From Ferruginibacter sp. (lineage in GTDB: Bacteria > Bacteroidota > Bacteroidia > Chitinophagales > Chitinophagaceae), in NCBI GenBank assembly GCA_016786725.1, contig JAEUVU010000005.1, positions 270 through 64,269 of the forward strand: DNA of 64,000 nt, read 5' to 3'. Positions 19,341 through 27,855 of this stretch are shown in pieces. The notes under the pieces are model-generated. The model searched no databases and had not been told where the DNA came from. It was given only the letters and a program-made list of their open reading frames with translations. Both the position numbers and the translations under genes were made by a program. Numbering within the stretch: the first letter of the stretch is position 1; every line of letters begins with the position of its first letter.

Positions 19341-19480
19341 GCACGAATTTTACGAATTACACAAATTACACGAATTATGTGACACGAATTGTGCGAATTA
19401 CACTAATTGAAGAATGCGGAAATAAAAACACGAATTGGCTTCTGAACCAATTCGTGTAATTCGTTTTAATTTGTGTAATT
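19341..19480. repeat. dense array of ACGAATTACAC / AATTCGTGTAATT words (direct and inverted)
   Basis: At least six direct copies (CACGAATT at 19342, 19352, 19369, 19383, 19393, 19429) followed by inverted copies (AATTCGTGTAATTCGT 19449-19464, AATTTGTGTAATT 19468-19480). Confidence 0.8.
19424..19457 (-). terminator. terminator-like hairpin after the A2M gene, built from two inverted repeat words
   Basis: ACACGAATTGG - 8 nt - CCAATTCGTGT (11-bp stem). The minus strand then reads TTTTTATTTCC. Confidence 0.65.
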
Positions 19481-19482
19481 GT

Positions 19483-22400
19483 TTACTCCACAATAACTCT
19501 TATTCCCTCGCTGTGTGAAGTAAACTCCGGTGCATACATACACTGTATGGTGGTAATGCCATTGCTGAAGTTACCGGCATGTGTAACAAACATGGGATAC
19601 TCAAAAACATAACTGCCCCGGTTTAACCAGCCAAAGAAGAAGTTGGTGCTTGCATCTTTGGTGCTTTCATAATAACCCAGGCCCCCCTGGTATTTATAAC
19701 TGCTTAAAACATTTACCGGTTCCATACAGGCGGCACGCATGTCTTTCATGTGTACGTATTCCATGTCACGGTCAACTTTGAGTTCGATACGCACTTTTAC
19801 TTTATCACCCACTTTTAATTGAGCGCCATCTTCCAAAGCAACCAATACCGGACCGGTTGGTGAATTTTTTTCGATGAATAATTTCTTCACCAGTTTTAAT
19901 GGTGTTTCGGCCGGGGTTATTTTGTCGAGGTCTTCAAAGTATTGCCAGTAAACGGAACCCCAAGCCCCCCCACCCCCCATGGGGGGATTTTTGGAGTCTG
20001 ATGATTTTGTACTTACTGATATGTAGCCCATGTCGGCTTTTACTTTATCGCCTTCTATTCTTTCTTTGAAGTAACCAGTGCCGGCTTCGGTCTTGTCATC
20101 TGTACTATTTATTACTGTGCTACCTAATGTTATTGTTACGGCATTATCCTGTTCCAACCAGACACTTGCTTTGTTTCCCCCTTGGGGGGCGGGGGGGCTT
20201 AGCAACAATGCGTAGCAGGCTTCTGCTGTGGCTTTGGTGGTCTTCCAGTTTTGTGTTTGCTTTTGTTTGAGTAACCATGTTTTAAGGTCATCAACAGTTG
20301 TGTTGTTCTTGTCAATATCCATAAAGGCTTCTATCATCATTGCTTGCGACTCAATAGGGGCCTGGTGCCAGTAGTAGCCGCCGGTTGTCCATTCTTTCCA
20401 GTACATGCCCAGTTCTTCTTTGTTAATTGAGTTTTCTTTTAAAGATCTGATGATGGCTTTTGGAGTTGTGGCATCATTGCTTCTGTGCAATGCAAGTGCT
20501 ATCATCGCCTGCATGTATTTGCTGTTGCTGAGCCAGTATTTTTTTGCCTGTCCTGTATAATAGTTGTAAGCCGTTTGCGAAGCTGCTGCAACTTTATACT
20601 CAGGAAAGAAGCTGCGCATATACAAATACTGGATAGCAATATAGCTTAGATGATTCTCTTTAAGTTTTGCTTTGTATTTGATGAGATCGTCATAATCTTC
20701 TTTTATCTTTTTATCAAGATAAGGAACCGCTTTATCAACTACAGATTTTATGGATTGATAATTATCGCCCGTTAAAGCTTCCAGTTTTCTTAAATGGCCG
20801 ATACCGGTTGTGATGTATTGCGTCATATAGCGGTCATCGGCCCCGCCTTTGAACCAGGTAAAGCCGCCATTGCTGCTCTGCATTTCTTTCAGTTTGTTGA
20901 ACGCTTTGCTTTGCTCTGCACTCATTTTAACCATATCAAACAGTAAGGCAATATTTTTCTTTTGCTGTGCTTCGTTTTGTGCTTCCAGTACCCAGGGGGT
21001 TTCCTGCAATAAGGCTGATTTCAATTCTTCATTTTTTTGCAGGTTAGAAAGCAAGGCTGCGGTATCCACAGTCTTCCATTTTTCAAACACCGTTTTAATT
21101 TTTGGCATAGAACGGCTGATATAACTTGCCAGCGTATTTGCATAATAGCGATTGAATGTTTGCTCGGCACATTCGTAAGGATATTCCATTAAATAAGGCA
21201 GCGCCTGCACTGCATACCAGGCCGGGTTGCTGGTGTATTCAACAGTTAAGGCATGGTTGGTAAGTGTAGCCCCCTCCCGGCCTCCCCCGGCGGGGGAGGA
21301 GTTTAGCAGCTTTTCAAATTTGAAAGTTTTACTGCTAACGCCACGCATGTTCAATGGCATGCTTTCTGTAACCAGCATGCGGTTGGTTAAAATGGGGATC
21401 GCCATTTCTTCACCATCAGAAAATTCTGCCCCCTCCAAACCTCCGCCGGCGGCGGGGGCTTTTGAAACAGCTTTTATCCTGTAAGTGAGTGCTGAGTTAA
21501 AATTGAACGGTATTTCCATCGGGAATTTTACCGCCTGGCTTTGGCCGGGAGCTACAGTAAAATACTGGTTTGGAAAAACATTCTTGAACCAGCCATCAAT
21601 AGGTTTGTTGGTTGCCGCATCCAGCAATTCAAGCGTTGCAACACCGGTAACTTCTTTCTCACCCAGGTTTACAATTTTTGCGCTGAACTCCATGTTATCA
21701 CCCTCCCTCATAAACCTTGGCGCATTAGGTTGCACCATCAATGGTTTTTGTGTTACAACAGTTTTTGTACTATAAGCAGAGGCCATATCTTTTGTGTGGG
21801 CCAATGTCATCAGCTTCCATTGTGTTAATGCTTCGGACATGGTAAATGAAAATTCAATATTGCCTTCAGCATCTGTTTTAAGATCGGGAAAAAAGAATGC
21901 AGTTTCGTTAAAGTTTTTGCGGATTTGTACTTCAGACCCATTTGACTTTGTTGTAGCCCCACTTATTGTATCTTTTATATCAAGCAAACCGTCTTTATCG
22001 TTATCTAATTTAACCGAAGATTTTCCACGTACTTGTATGCCTGCGACTTTTCCTGCCAAAGCCTCATTTACATTTCCTGCCGCAACTGGACTTGGGGGCG
22101 GAGGTGGAGGAGGTGCACCAGATTCCGCATAAGATCTCTGCGCAATTTTCATATTTCGTCCTCCACCATATCTATCATATTCATAGTAATCAGACATCAA
22201 AAGCCTGTCATAAGATTTATCCGGTACAGTTAAGTATTCACGATCTGCTCCGTTTAATTCATCCGAATTCACTTTTCCAAATCCATTGATGTTCCAGTAA
22301 ATGGTATTGTATAGAACGGGCCATACATTTGGTTTGTACCAGCTATGCGCTTTAAACTGGTCGAGGCTTGCATCATACATGCCTGCCAGCATTTCGGCAG

Positions 22401-25400
22401 CAACTTTTTCTCCTTTATTACCTGTTATTTTTATTTTCCATTTTTCTTCGGCGCCGGGTAATAATTTATCACGGAAAGTCTCATAACTGATCTGCAGGTC
22501 TTTATTACTCCAGGGAATGCTGAACCCCTGGTTGCCTTTATAAACACGGTTGTGTTTTACAAAAGCATAGCTCATAGCCATGCCGCCACGGTCTGCTTCT
22601 GTTACCGGCTGTACAAAACCTGCAGGTTGAGTGTTGCTGACCGTTTTATAAGAAAAATTATTCGTTTTATCCATTTTGCTTAATGAATGAATAAGCCACA
22701 CATTATCGAAACCGGTTTTAATGTTGTAATTGATAGTTTCGCCGGGTTCTGCATTTCCTTTTGTAACCTCAAGTTTAACGGCATCGTAAATTCTTTCATT
22801 ATTACCGGTTAGCTGAATATATTTTTCGGCCTTTACCAATTCACCGTACTTGTCTTTTGTTACAGCAACAACTTTGTACCAGCCTGCCACAAACGGGAAA
22901 CCAGAAACAAGAAACGATGTATTTTCTTTTGTGCTGTCAGTCTTATCTAAAACTTTTTCACCTAAAGGCCATTTGTTTTGCTGGTCCTCGTCTTTATAAA
23001 TGTCATAAGGAAAATAGCCTTCGTATTCATTCTTACTCATCATAAACTGGTCGGGCATTTCCCAATACCTTTCCCGATAAATTTTTGTGGGTGATATTAC
23101 TTTGGTGATGGTGACATTCACACTTGCCTTTTCAAAAATATCATTGAGGTTGGTAGTTGAAATGCTGAGGTTTTTCAAACTATCAACCGGTAAGGTTTCA
23201 GGCATGTTGATGTTAAGTTGCAGCATTTGATAAGCAACAGCTACAGATGTATTGCCGCTTCTTGTTTCGCCATTGATATCTGTAATGTCGGCACTTACTT
23301 CGTAATAAAAAGTTGGCTGACTTGCCTTATCAACCGTTTCATCAGGTATTGCTTTGAATTTAATTTTGAATTCACCCTTTGCATCGGTTTTGGTTTCCCC
23401 GTTTGTTATTTCCATTTCTTCATTACCGCCCGATGGGTATCTTTTGCCTCCCCAACCTCCCGAATACATCGGGACAGGCCACCAGACAGGATAGCGTACT
23501 TTACGAACCACACGGTATTTTACACTGGCGCCATCAATATTGTTTCCGGCATAAGCTTTGGCTGTACCGGTTACTTCAACACTGTCGTTGATGCGGTAAG
23601 TGCCTTTTGGTTTTTGTATCTCTGTAAAAAATTTAGGGCGCTTGTATTCTTCTACGCTAAAGCTTATATAAGATTTGGTAGCCGTATCAAACAGGCTAAA
23701 ATTTCCGTTCATAACACCTTCGGGCAATTTGAACGATCCTTTGTAGCTGCCGAATTCATTGGTTGTAACGGTTAGTTCTGCTGATTTTTGACCATTGGCA
23801 TCTTTTAACTGAATGGTGGTTTTAAAACCAGGGATCACCGCAGTTTTTGATGCATCTTTTTCTTTTGAAACAACCAGGCCTTTAAAATACAATAATTGTC
23901 CGGGCCTGTAAATGCTGCGGTCGGTAAATAAAAATGTTTGTGGTTTATATTCAGGCACGTAATTATTATAAACATAGCTGGAATGGTTTTCATCAAGGAA
24001 TAATTCATCCGCTCCGTTAATAACCTGTACCATAAAATTCCGGTAGTTGTCTTTGCTGTCTTTTAGTTTGAAATACCCGTTTTTATCCGTTGTATATTTC
24101 TCGTGTTTTACTTCTTCGTATTTGCTGGTGTTGTAATCGTATTTAGATTCCCAGATCTGGACCGTTGCATTGCCAAGAGGCTGGCCATTATCCCTGTCAA
24201 GCACATAGTATTCGTTGGTGCTGGTATGTATGTAGCTGATATTGCTTACATAGGTTTGTTGTTTGGCAATGATGTTTTTTGTAAGAGCAAACCCCGGATC
24301 AATACCAGCCAGTACCAGGTAAGTACCGTTTGGTAAACCATCAATTTTTATTTCGGTACTATGCTCCTGGTAATCCTGCAGGTCGGGCAGATTGATGCTC
24401 CAGCTTTTAACCGGCTTCATCTCTGTGTAAGCTTTCCAGAGTTTCTCATATTCTCTACGGTCCAGGTTCTTCAATTCTTCCCTGGTAGTTTTTATCACAC
24501 GCAGGTAAAGCGTTTTGATGTTCTTATATTTTACCAGGCTTCTGAAAGGCTGCATCGGTACATTTACCTGATCCGTTTCAATATTTAATGATGGTTGTTC
24601 AATTTGCATAACAGCATTCTTTGCGTTAATACCACCTTCAGATTTTGGGAACCTGGCATATGCTGATTCAAATAATTCCTTTGCCCTTTTTATCTCGTAC
24701 TGGTTTTCGGTTTTTGTGAGTGCCTCATACTGTTGTCCACGTGATAAATAGATGTTGCCACGCAGGTACATGGCCTGTGCCACAGCAGGGTTGGCTGGAT
24801 ATTTTTGTTCGATTGCAAGCAATGCTTCTTCATACAGCTTTTCTTTATTTTCAAGTACGGCATTGGTGTGTACAAAATTTAAGCGTATCAGGTCAGCATC
24901 AATCAATGCATCAGCATTGGCATCTGCCAAATGAAATTTTAAAATATCCTGGAAAAGCAGGAGCGCTTTCTGTTGCAATGAAGCAGTATCTTTTGTTTTA
25001 AAAGAAGCATTGATAAAATCAGCAGCTTTTGTAAATGCAGCCGCATCATCTATTTTAAACTGGTAGGCCGGTTTAATTATATCGTTTTCATCATTGGTGA
25101 AAAACTCAATGGCCCTGTGTGCTAAAAAATCATACAGGGTAGGGCGCAGCTGGCGGGTGTTTTCTCCTTTGATAAGAATGGCATCAAGACCATCTAATTT
25201 TGTATTTTTTAATAGCGGTTCGTTTTGAAGGGATGCTTTATATAGTTTACTGATGGTTGCATATAATTTATTAATGCTCCAGGTAGTAATGTCTTTGCTT
25301 TTTTCCTGTGCCAGTTTGGTGCGGTTATAAAATTTCCAGCGGTTGTTTTGCAGGTATTGCCAGAACATTTCGGCATACATACTTTGCAGGATATTTTTAG

Positions 25401-25710
25401 CCGGGGCTTTTGCTTTTTCGATCAGTGTGTCCACAAAAAAAATATTGTTCTCCTGGCTGTCTTCTTCTACCATGTTGCGGTATTTGATCTGGTACATACT
25501 GGCTTTTATCTGCTGGGCATCGTTATTTTCTTTTATGGCCAGGTTATAAATGGCCAGCACTTCCTGCAAAGCAGATTTGGTGAGCCCTTTCTTTTCAAAC
25601 GCTTCAACCTTTTTCCAGTTTTTAGCGTAGTCGTTTTTTGTTTGTGCCATCAGATTTACAGTGATGCCGGTTATCATAAAAATCACCAGCCATATTTTTT
25701 TTATAAACAT
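19483..25710 (-). CDS. alpha-2-macroglobulin family protein, stand-alone, thioester-containing (2075 aa)
   Basis: ORF 19483..25737 begins with TTG, so I prefer ATG 25710 (MFIKKIWLVIFMITG..., signal peptide). MG-domain motif TDRSIYRPGQLLYFKG, post-bait motif IRKNFNETAFFFPDL, thioester YPYECAEQT. Confidence 0.88.
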   Translation of the reverse strand: MFIKKIWLVIFMITGITVNLMAQTKNDYAKNWKKVEAFEKKGLTKSALQEVLAIYNLAIKENNDAQQIKASMYQIKYRNMVEEDSQENNIFFVDTLIEKAKAPAKNILQSMYAEMFWQYLQNNRWKFYNRTKLAQEKSKDITTWSINKLYATISKLYKASLQNEPLLKNTKLDGLDAILIKGENTRQLRPTLYDFLAHRAIEFFTNDENDIIKPAYQFKIDDAAAFTKAADFINASFKTKDTASLQQKALLLFQDILKFHLADANADALIDADLIRLNFVHTNAVLENKEKLYEEALLAIEQKYPANPAVAQAMYLRGNIYLSRGQQYEALTKTENQYEIKRAKELFESAYARFPKSEGGINAKNAVMQIEQPSLNIETDQVNVPMQPFRSLVKYKNIKTLYLRVIKTTREELKNLDRREYEKLWKAYTEMKPVKSWSINLPDLQDYQEHSTEIKIDGLPNGTYLVLAGIDPGFALTKNIIAKQQTYVSNISYIHTSTNEYYVLDRDNGQPLGNATVQIWESKYDYNTSKYEEVKHEKYTTDKNGYFKLKDSKDNYRNFMVQVINGADELFLDENHSSYVYNNYVPEYKPQTFLFTDRSIYRPGQLLYFKGLVVSKEKDASKTAVIPGFKTTIQLKDANGQKSAELTVTTNEFGSYKGSFKLPEGVMNGNFSLFDTATKSYISFSVEEYKRPKFFTEIQKPKGTYRINDSVEVTGTAKAYAGNNIDGASVKYRVVRKVRYPVWWPVPMYSGGWGGKRYPSGGNEEMEITNGETKTDAKGEFKIKFKAIPDETVDKASQPTFYYEVSADITDINGETRSGNTSVAVAYQMLQLNINMPETLPVDSLKNLSISTTNLNDIFEKASVNVTITKVISPTKIYRERYWEMPDQFMMSKNEYEGYFPYDIYKDEDQQNKWPLGEKVLDKTDSTKENTSFLVSGFPFVAGWYKVVAVTKDKYGELVKAEKYIQLTGNNERIYDAVKLEVTKGNAEPGETINYNIKTGFDNVWLIHSLSKMDKTNNFSYKTVSNTQPAGFVQPVTEADRGGMAMSYAFVKHNRVYKGNQGFSIPWSNKDLQISYETFRDKLLPGAEEKWKIKITGNKGEKVAAEMLAGMYDASLDQFKAHSWYKPNVWPVLYNTIYWNINGFGKVNSDELNGADREYLTVPDKSYDRLLMSDYYEYDRYGGGRNMKIAQRSYAESGAPPPPPPPSPVAAGNVNEALAGKVAGIQVRGKSSVKLDNDKDGLLDIKDTISGATTKSNGSEVQIRKNFNETAFFFPDLKTDAEGNIEFSFTMSEALTQWKLMTLAHTKDMASAYSTKTVVTQKPLMVQPNAPRFMREGDNMEFSAKIVNLGEKEVTGVATLELLDAATNKPIDGWFKNVFPNQYFTVAPGQSQAVKFPMEIPFNFNSALTYRIKAVSKAPAAGGGLEGAEFSDGEEMAIPILTNRMLVTESMPLNMRGVSSKTFKFEKLLNSSPAGGGREGATLTNHALTVEYTSNPAWYAVQALPYLMEYPYECAEQTFNRYYANTLASYISRSMPKIKTVFEKWKTVDTAALLSNLQKNEELKSALLQETPWVLEAQNEAQQKKNIALLFDMVKMSAEQSKAFNKLKEMQSSNGGFTWFKGGADDRYMTQYITTGIGHLRKLEALTGDNYQSIKSVVDKAVPYLDKKIKEDYDDLIKYKAKLKENHLSYIAIQYLYMRSFFPEYKVAAASQTAYNYYTGQAKKYWLSNSKYMQAMIALALHRSNDATTPKAIIRSLKENSINKEELGMYWKEWTTGGYYWHQAPIESQAMMIEAFMDIDKNNTTVDDLKTWLLKQKQTQNWKTTKATAEACYALLLSPPAPQGGNKASVWLEQDNAVTITLGSTVINSTDDKTEAGTGYFKERIEGDKVKADMGYISVSTKSSDSKNPPMGGGGAWGSVYWQYFEDLDKITPAETPLKLVKKLFIEKNSPTGPVLVALEDGAQLKVGDKVKVRIELKVDRDMEYVHMKDMRAACMEPVNVLSSYKYQGGLGYYESTKDASTNFFFGWLNRGSYVFEYPMFVTHAGNFSNGITTIQCMYAPEFTSHSEGIRVIVE
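19964..19987. repeat. G/C hairpin module, short subfamily, in frame in A2M
   Basis: GCCCCCCCACCCCCCATGGGGGGA, translated NPPMGGGGAWG. Confidence 0.75.
20176..20198. repeat. G/C hairpin module, short subfamily, in frame in A2M, inverted orientation
   Basis: TCCCCCTTGGGGGGCGGGGGGGC on the plus strand, translated SPPAPQGGNK from the minus strand. Confidence 0.75.
21269..21299. repeat. G/C hairpin module, long subfamily, in frame in A2M
   Basis: GCCCCCTCCCGGCCTCCCCCGGCGGGGGAGG, translated SSPAGGGREGA. Confidence 0.75.
21428..21459. repeat. G/C hairpin module, long subfamily, in frame in A2M
   Basis: GCCCCCTCCAAACCTCCGCCGGCGGCGGGGGC, translated APAAGGGLEGA. Confidence 0.75.
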
Positions 25711-25834
25711 AATCAGGTATTTAATTACAAGATACAATTTGTACCTGTACCGTTAAATTAATCTTATCAGCTTTTAGATGTATTGCTGCATAACATTGCA
25801 CAATTTTGACTGCCTTTTTTCTTTAACTTTTCTT

Positions 25835-25842
25835 TAGGTTTG
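25835..25842 (+). promoter_or_regulatory. candidate -7 box TAGGTTTG
   Basis: TAnnTTTG match 56 nt upstream of the ATG at 25898. Confidence 0.35.
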
Positions 25843-25897
25843 CTTTTTACCAAACGGCACAGCGTTTGAAAATTATTTTCTATAAAACCTAAACAGC

Positions 25898-26608
25898 ATG
25901 AAAAAAACTTTTACACTTTCAGCATTACTATTTATTTCAACTATTTTATTTGCCCAGTCAAAACTCACTATTTCTGCTTCAGGCAATACAGACCTGCGGG
26001 TTATGGTTGACGGGGTAAAGTACACATCAAACGGCCGCGACATTGTGATAAGTAATTTAAAAAACGGCAACCGCATTGTTAAAATATTCCGTGCAGGCAA
26101 TGAGCGTAACCGTTTTAATAACAGTAACCGTAACAATGGGTATCAACTGGTTTACAGCAGCAGTGTTTTTGTAAAACCACAGTACCATATTGATATTACC
26201 ATCAACCGCTTTGGCAAAGCATTTGTTGATGAGCAAATGATCAACGGTGGTTATAATGATGACGATGACGAATGGGGTGTTGATAATAATGACCAGTATT
26301 ATGACCGCTACAGCCGCAGGGCTATGGACCAAGCCACTTTCGATCAGTTTAAGCAGGCGCTAAAAAAAGAAAGTTTTGATGACACCCGTTTAAAAGTGGC
26401 AAAGCAATTTGTAGGCAATAATTATTTTAGTGCAGTACAGGTGAAAGAACTGGTGGGTTTATTTGCTTTTGAAGAAAGTAAACTGGTGTTGGCGAAGTAT
26501 GCTTATGATTATACAGTTGACAAAGGCAATTACTTTATAGTTAATGATGCGTTTGCGTTCAGTTCAAGTAAGGAAGAACTGATGAATCATATTCAGAACA
26601 GGAAATAA
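25898..26608 (+). CDS. DUF4476-like secreted protein
   Basis: Signal peptide. The C-terminal block FDDTRLKVAKQFVGNNYFSAVQVKELVGLFAFEESKLVLAKYAYDY matches my memory of DUF4476. Confidence 0.65.
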   Translation: MKKTFTLSALLFISTILFAQSKLTISASGNTDLRVMVDGVKYTSNGRDIVISNLKNGNRIVKIFRAGNERNRFNNSNRNNGYQLVYSSSVFVKPQYHIDITINRFGKAFVDEQMINGGYNDDDDEWGVDNNDQYYDRYSRRAMDQATFDQFKQALKKESFDDTRLKVAKQFVGNNYFSAVQVKELVGLFAFEESKLVLAKYAYDYTVDKGNYFIVNDAFAFSSSKEELMNHIQNRK

Positions 26609-26656
26609 ACAATTCAACTTTCATGGCTATACTTTAGCCTGCGTGGCGCAGGCGGG

Positions 26657-26681
26657 CCGGGGCGAAAGCCCCGGTTTTTTA
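26657..26681 (+). terminator. rho-independent terminator
   Basis: CCGGGGC-GAAA-GCCCCGG followed by TTTTTT. Confidence 0.85.
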
Positions 26682-26708
26682 TTTGCCAGTAAGGTGTAAT
26701 AGCGGTAA

Positions 26709-26739
26709 TGAAAAAAGCCCGAAAACAAATACGGGCTTT
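26709..26739 (-). terminator. rho-independent terminator of sucD
   Basis: Minus strand AAAGCCCG - 10 nt - CGGGCTTT followed by a T run. Confidence 0.75.
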
Positions 26740-26765
26740 CAACTTATTTTTCTTTATATACTTTT

Positions 26766-27641
26766 TTACTTCTTTACAACTTCAGCCATTGTTTTACCAA
26801 TATCAGCCGGGCTTGCTACTACATGAATTCCGCATTCGGCCATTATTTTCATTTTGGCGGCAGCCGTATCATCGGCACCGCCAACAATGGCGCCTGCGTG
26901 GCCCATACGGCGGCCCGGAGGCGCTGTTTGTCCGGCAATAAAACCAACCACAGGCTTTTTATTGCCGGTAGATTTGATATACCTTGCCGCTTCTGCTTCC
27001 ATACCGCCGCCAATTTCACCTATCATAACAATCGCATCGGTTTCATCATCATTCATAAATAATTCAACTGCTTCTTTGGTTGTAGTGCCAATGATCGGGT
27101 CGCCACCAATACCAATAGCCGTAGAAATTCCGAGGCCAGCCTTTGCAACCTGGTCGGCAGCTTCGTAAGTAAGCGTTCCTGATTTTGAAACAATACCAAT
27201 CCTTCCTTTCTTAAAAATAAAACCGGGCATAATACCCACTTTGCATTCTTCTGCAGTTATTACACCAGGGCAGTTTGGTCCAACTAATCTTGTTTTTTTA
27301 CCAGCCAGGTAATTTTTTACTTTCACCATATCCTGCACCGGAATACCTTCGGTGATACAAACCACCAGGCCAATGCCTGCATCGGTAGCTTCCATTATGG
27401 CATCGGCAGCAAAAGCAGGGGGTACAAAAATAATGCTCACATCGGCGCCGGTTGATTTAACAGCATCAGCCACGGTATTAAAAACCGGTTTATCAAGATG
27501 GTTGCTGCCACCTTTGCCCGGTGTAACACCACCCACCACATTGGTGCCGTATTCTATCATTTGCGTGGCATGAAAAGTACCTTCGGTACCGGTAAAACCC
27601 TGTACGATTATTTTGGAACCTTTATTAACTAAAACAGACAT
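26766..27641 (-). CDS. sucD: succinate--CoA ligase subunit alpha
   Basis: 291 aa. [21 protein letters not shown], phosphohistidine loop MGHAGAIV. Confidence 0.96.
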   Translation of the reverse strand: MSVLVNKGSKIIVQGFTGTEGTFHATQMIEYGTNVVGGVTPGKGGSNHLDKPVFNTVADAVKSTGADVSIIFVPPAFAADAIMEATDAGIGLVVCITEGIPVQDMVKVKNYLAGKKTRLVGPNCPGVITAEECKVGIMPGFIFKKGRIGIVSKSGTLTYEAADQVAKAGLGISTAIGIGGDPIIGTTTKEAVELFMNDDETDAIVMIGEIGGGMEAEAARYIKSTGNKKPVVGFIAGQTAPPGRRMGHAGAIVGGADDTAAAKMKIMAECGIHVVASPADIGKTMAEVVKK

Positions 27642-27653
27642 AATACAATGAGA

Positions 27654-27672
27654 AATTAAAAATTAGGAATTA
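27654..27672. repeat. 19-mer AATTAAAAATTAGGAATTA (identical to 16918-16936)
   Basis: Direct comparison. Lies 12 nt upstream of the sucD ATG and downstream of the candidate -7 box. Confidence 0.8.
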
Positions 27673-27681
27673 GGAATGCCG

Positions 27682-27689
27682 CAAAGATA
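27682..27689 (-). promoter_or_regulatory. candidate -7 box TATCTTTG for sucD
   Basis: Exact TAnnTTTG on the minus strand, 40 nt upstream of the ATG at 27641. Confidence 0.45.
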
Positions 27690-27855
27690 GGGGAGATGGG
27701 TTATTGTTGGAAATGGAATATTTGGTTACCGGTTCCGATAGCTATCGGGAAGCCTTGATTTTACGGATGTGGCTGAGTATATTCTGGGGACTGAAGGATC
27801 CCTTTCAAAAGCAGCGCTGTGATAGAATTTTTTGTGTAGGGTTAAAATGAATGTT

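Noticed and set aside
23218-23775. 185-aa plus-strand ORF and other plus-strand ORFs inside 19483..25710
   Set aside because: They are fully embedded antisense to a gene with strong family motifs, have low-complexity composition, and show no independent signals.
25711-25737. TTG-initiated 9-codon extension of the large A2M ORF
   Set aside because: ATG 25710 gives a typical signal peptide (MFIKKIWLVIFMITG...), and the extension adds nothing recognisable.
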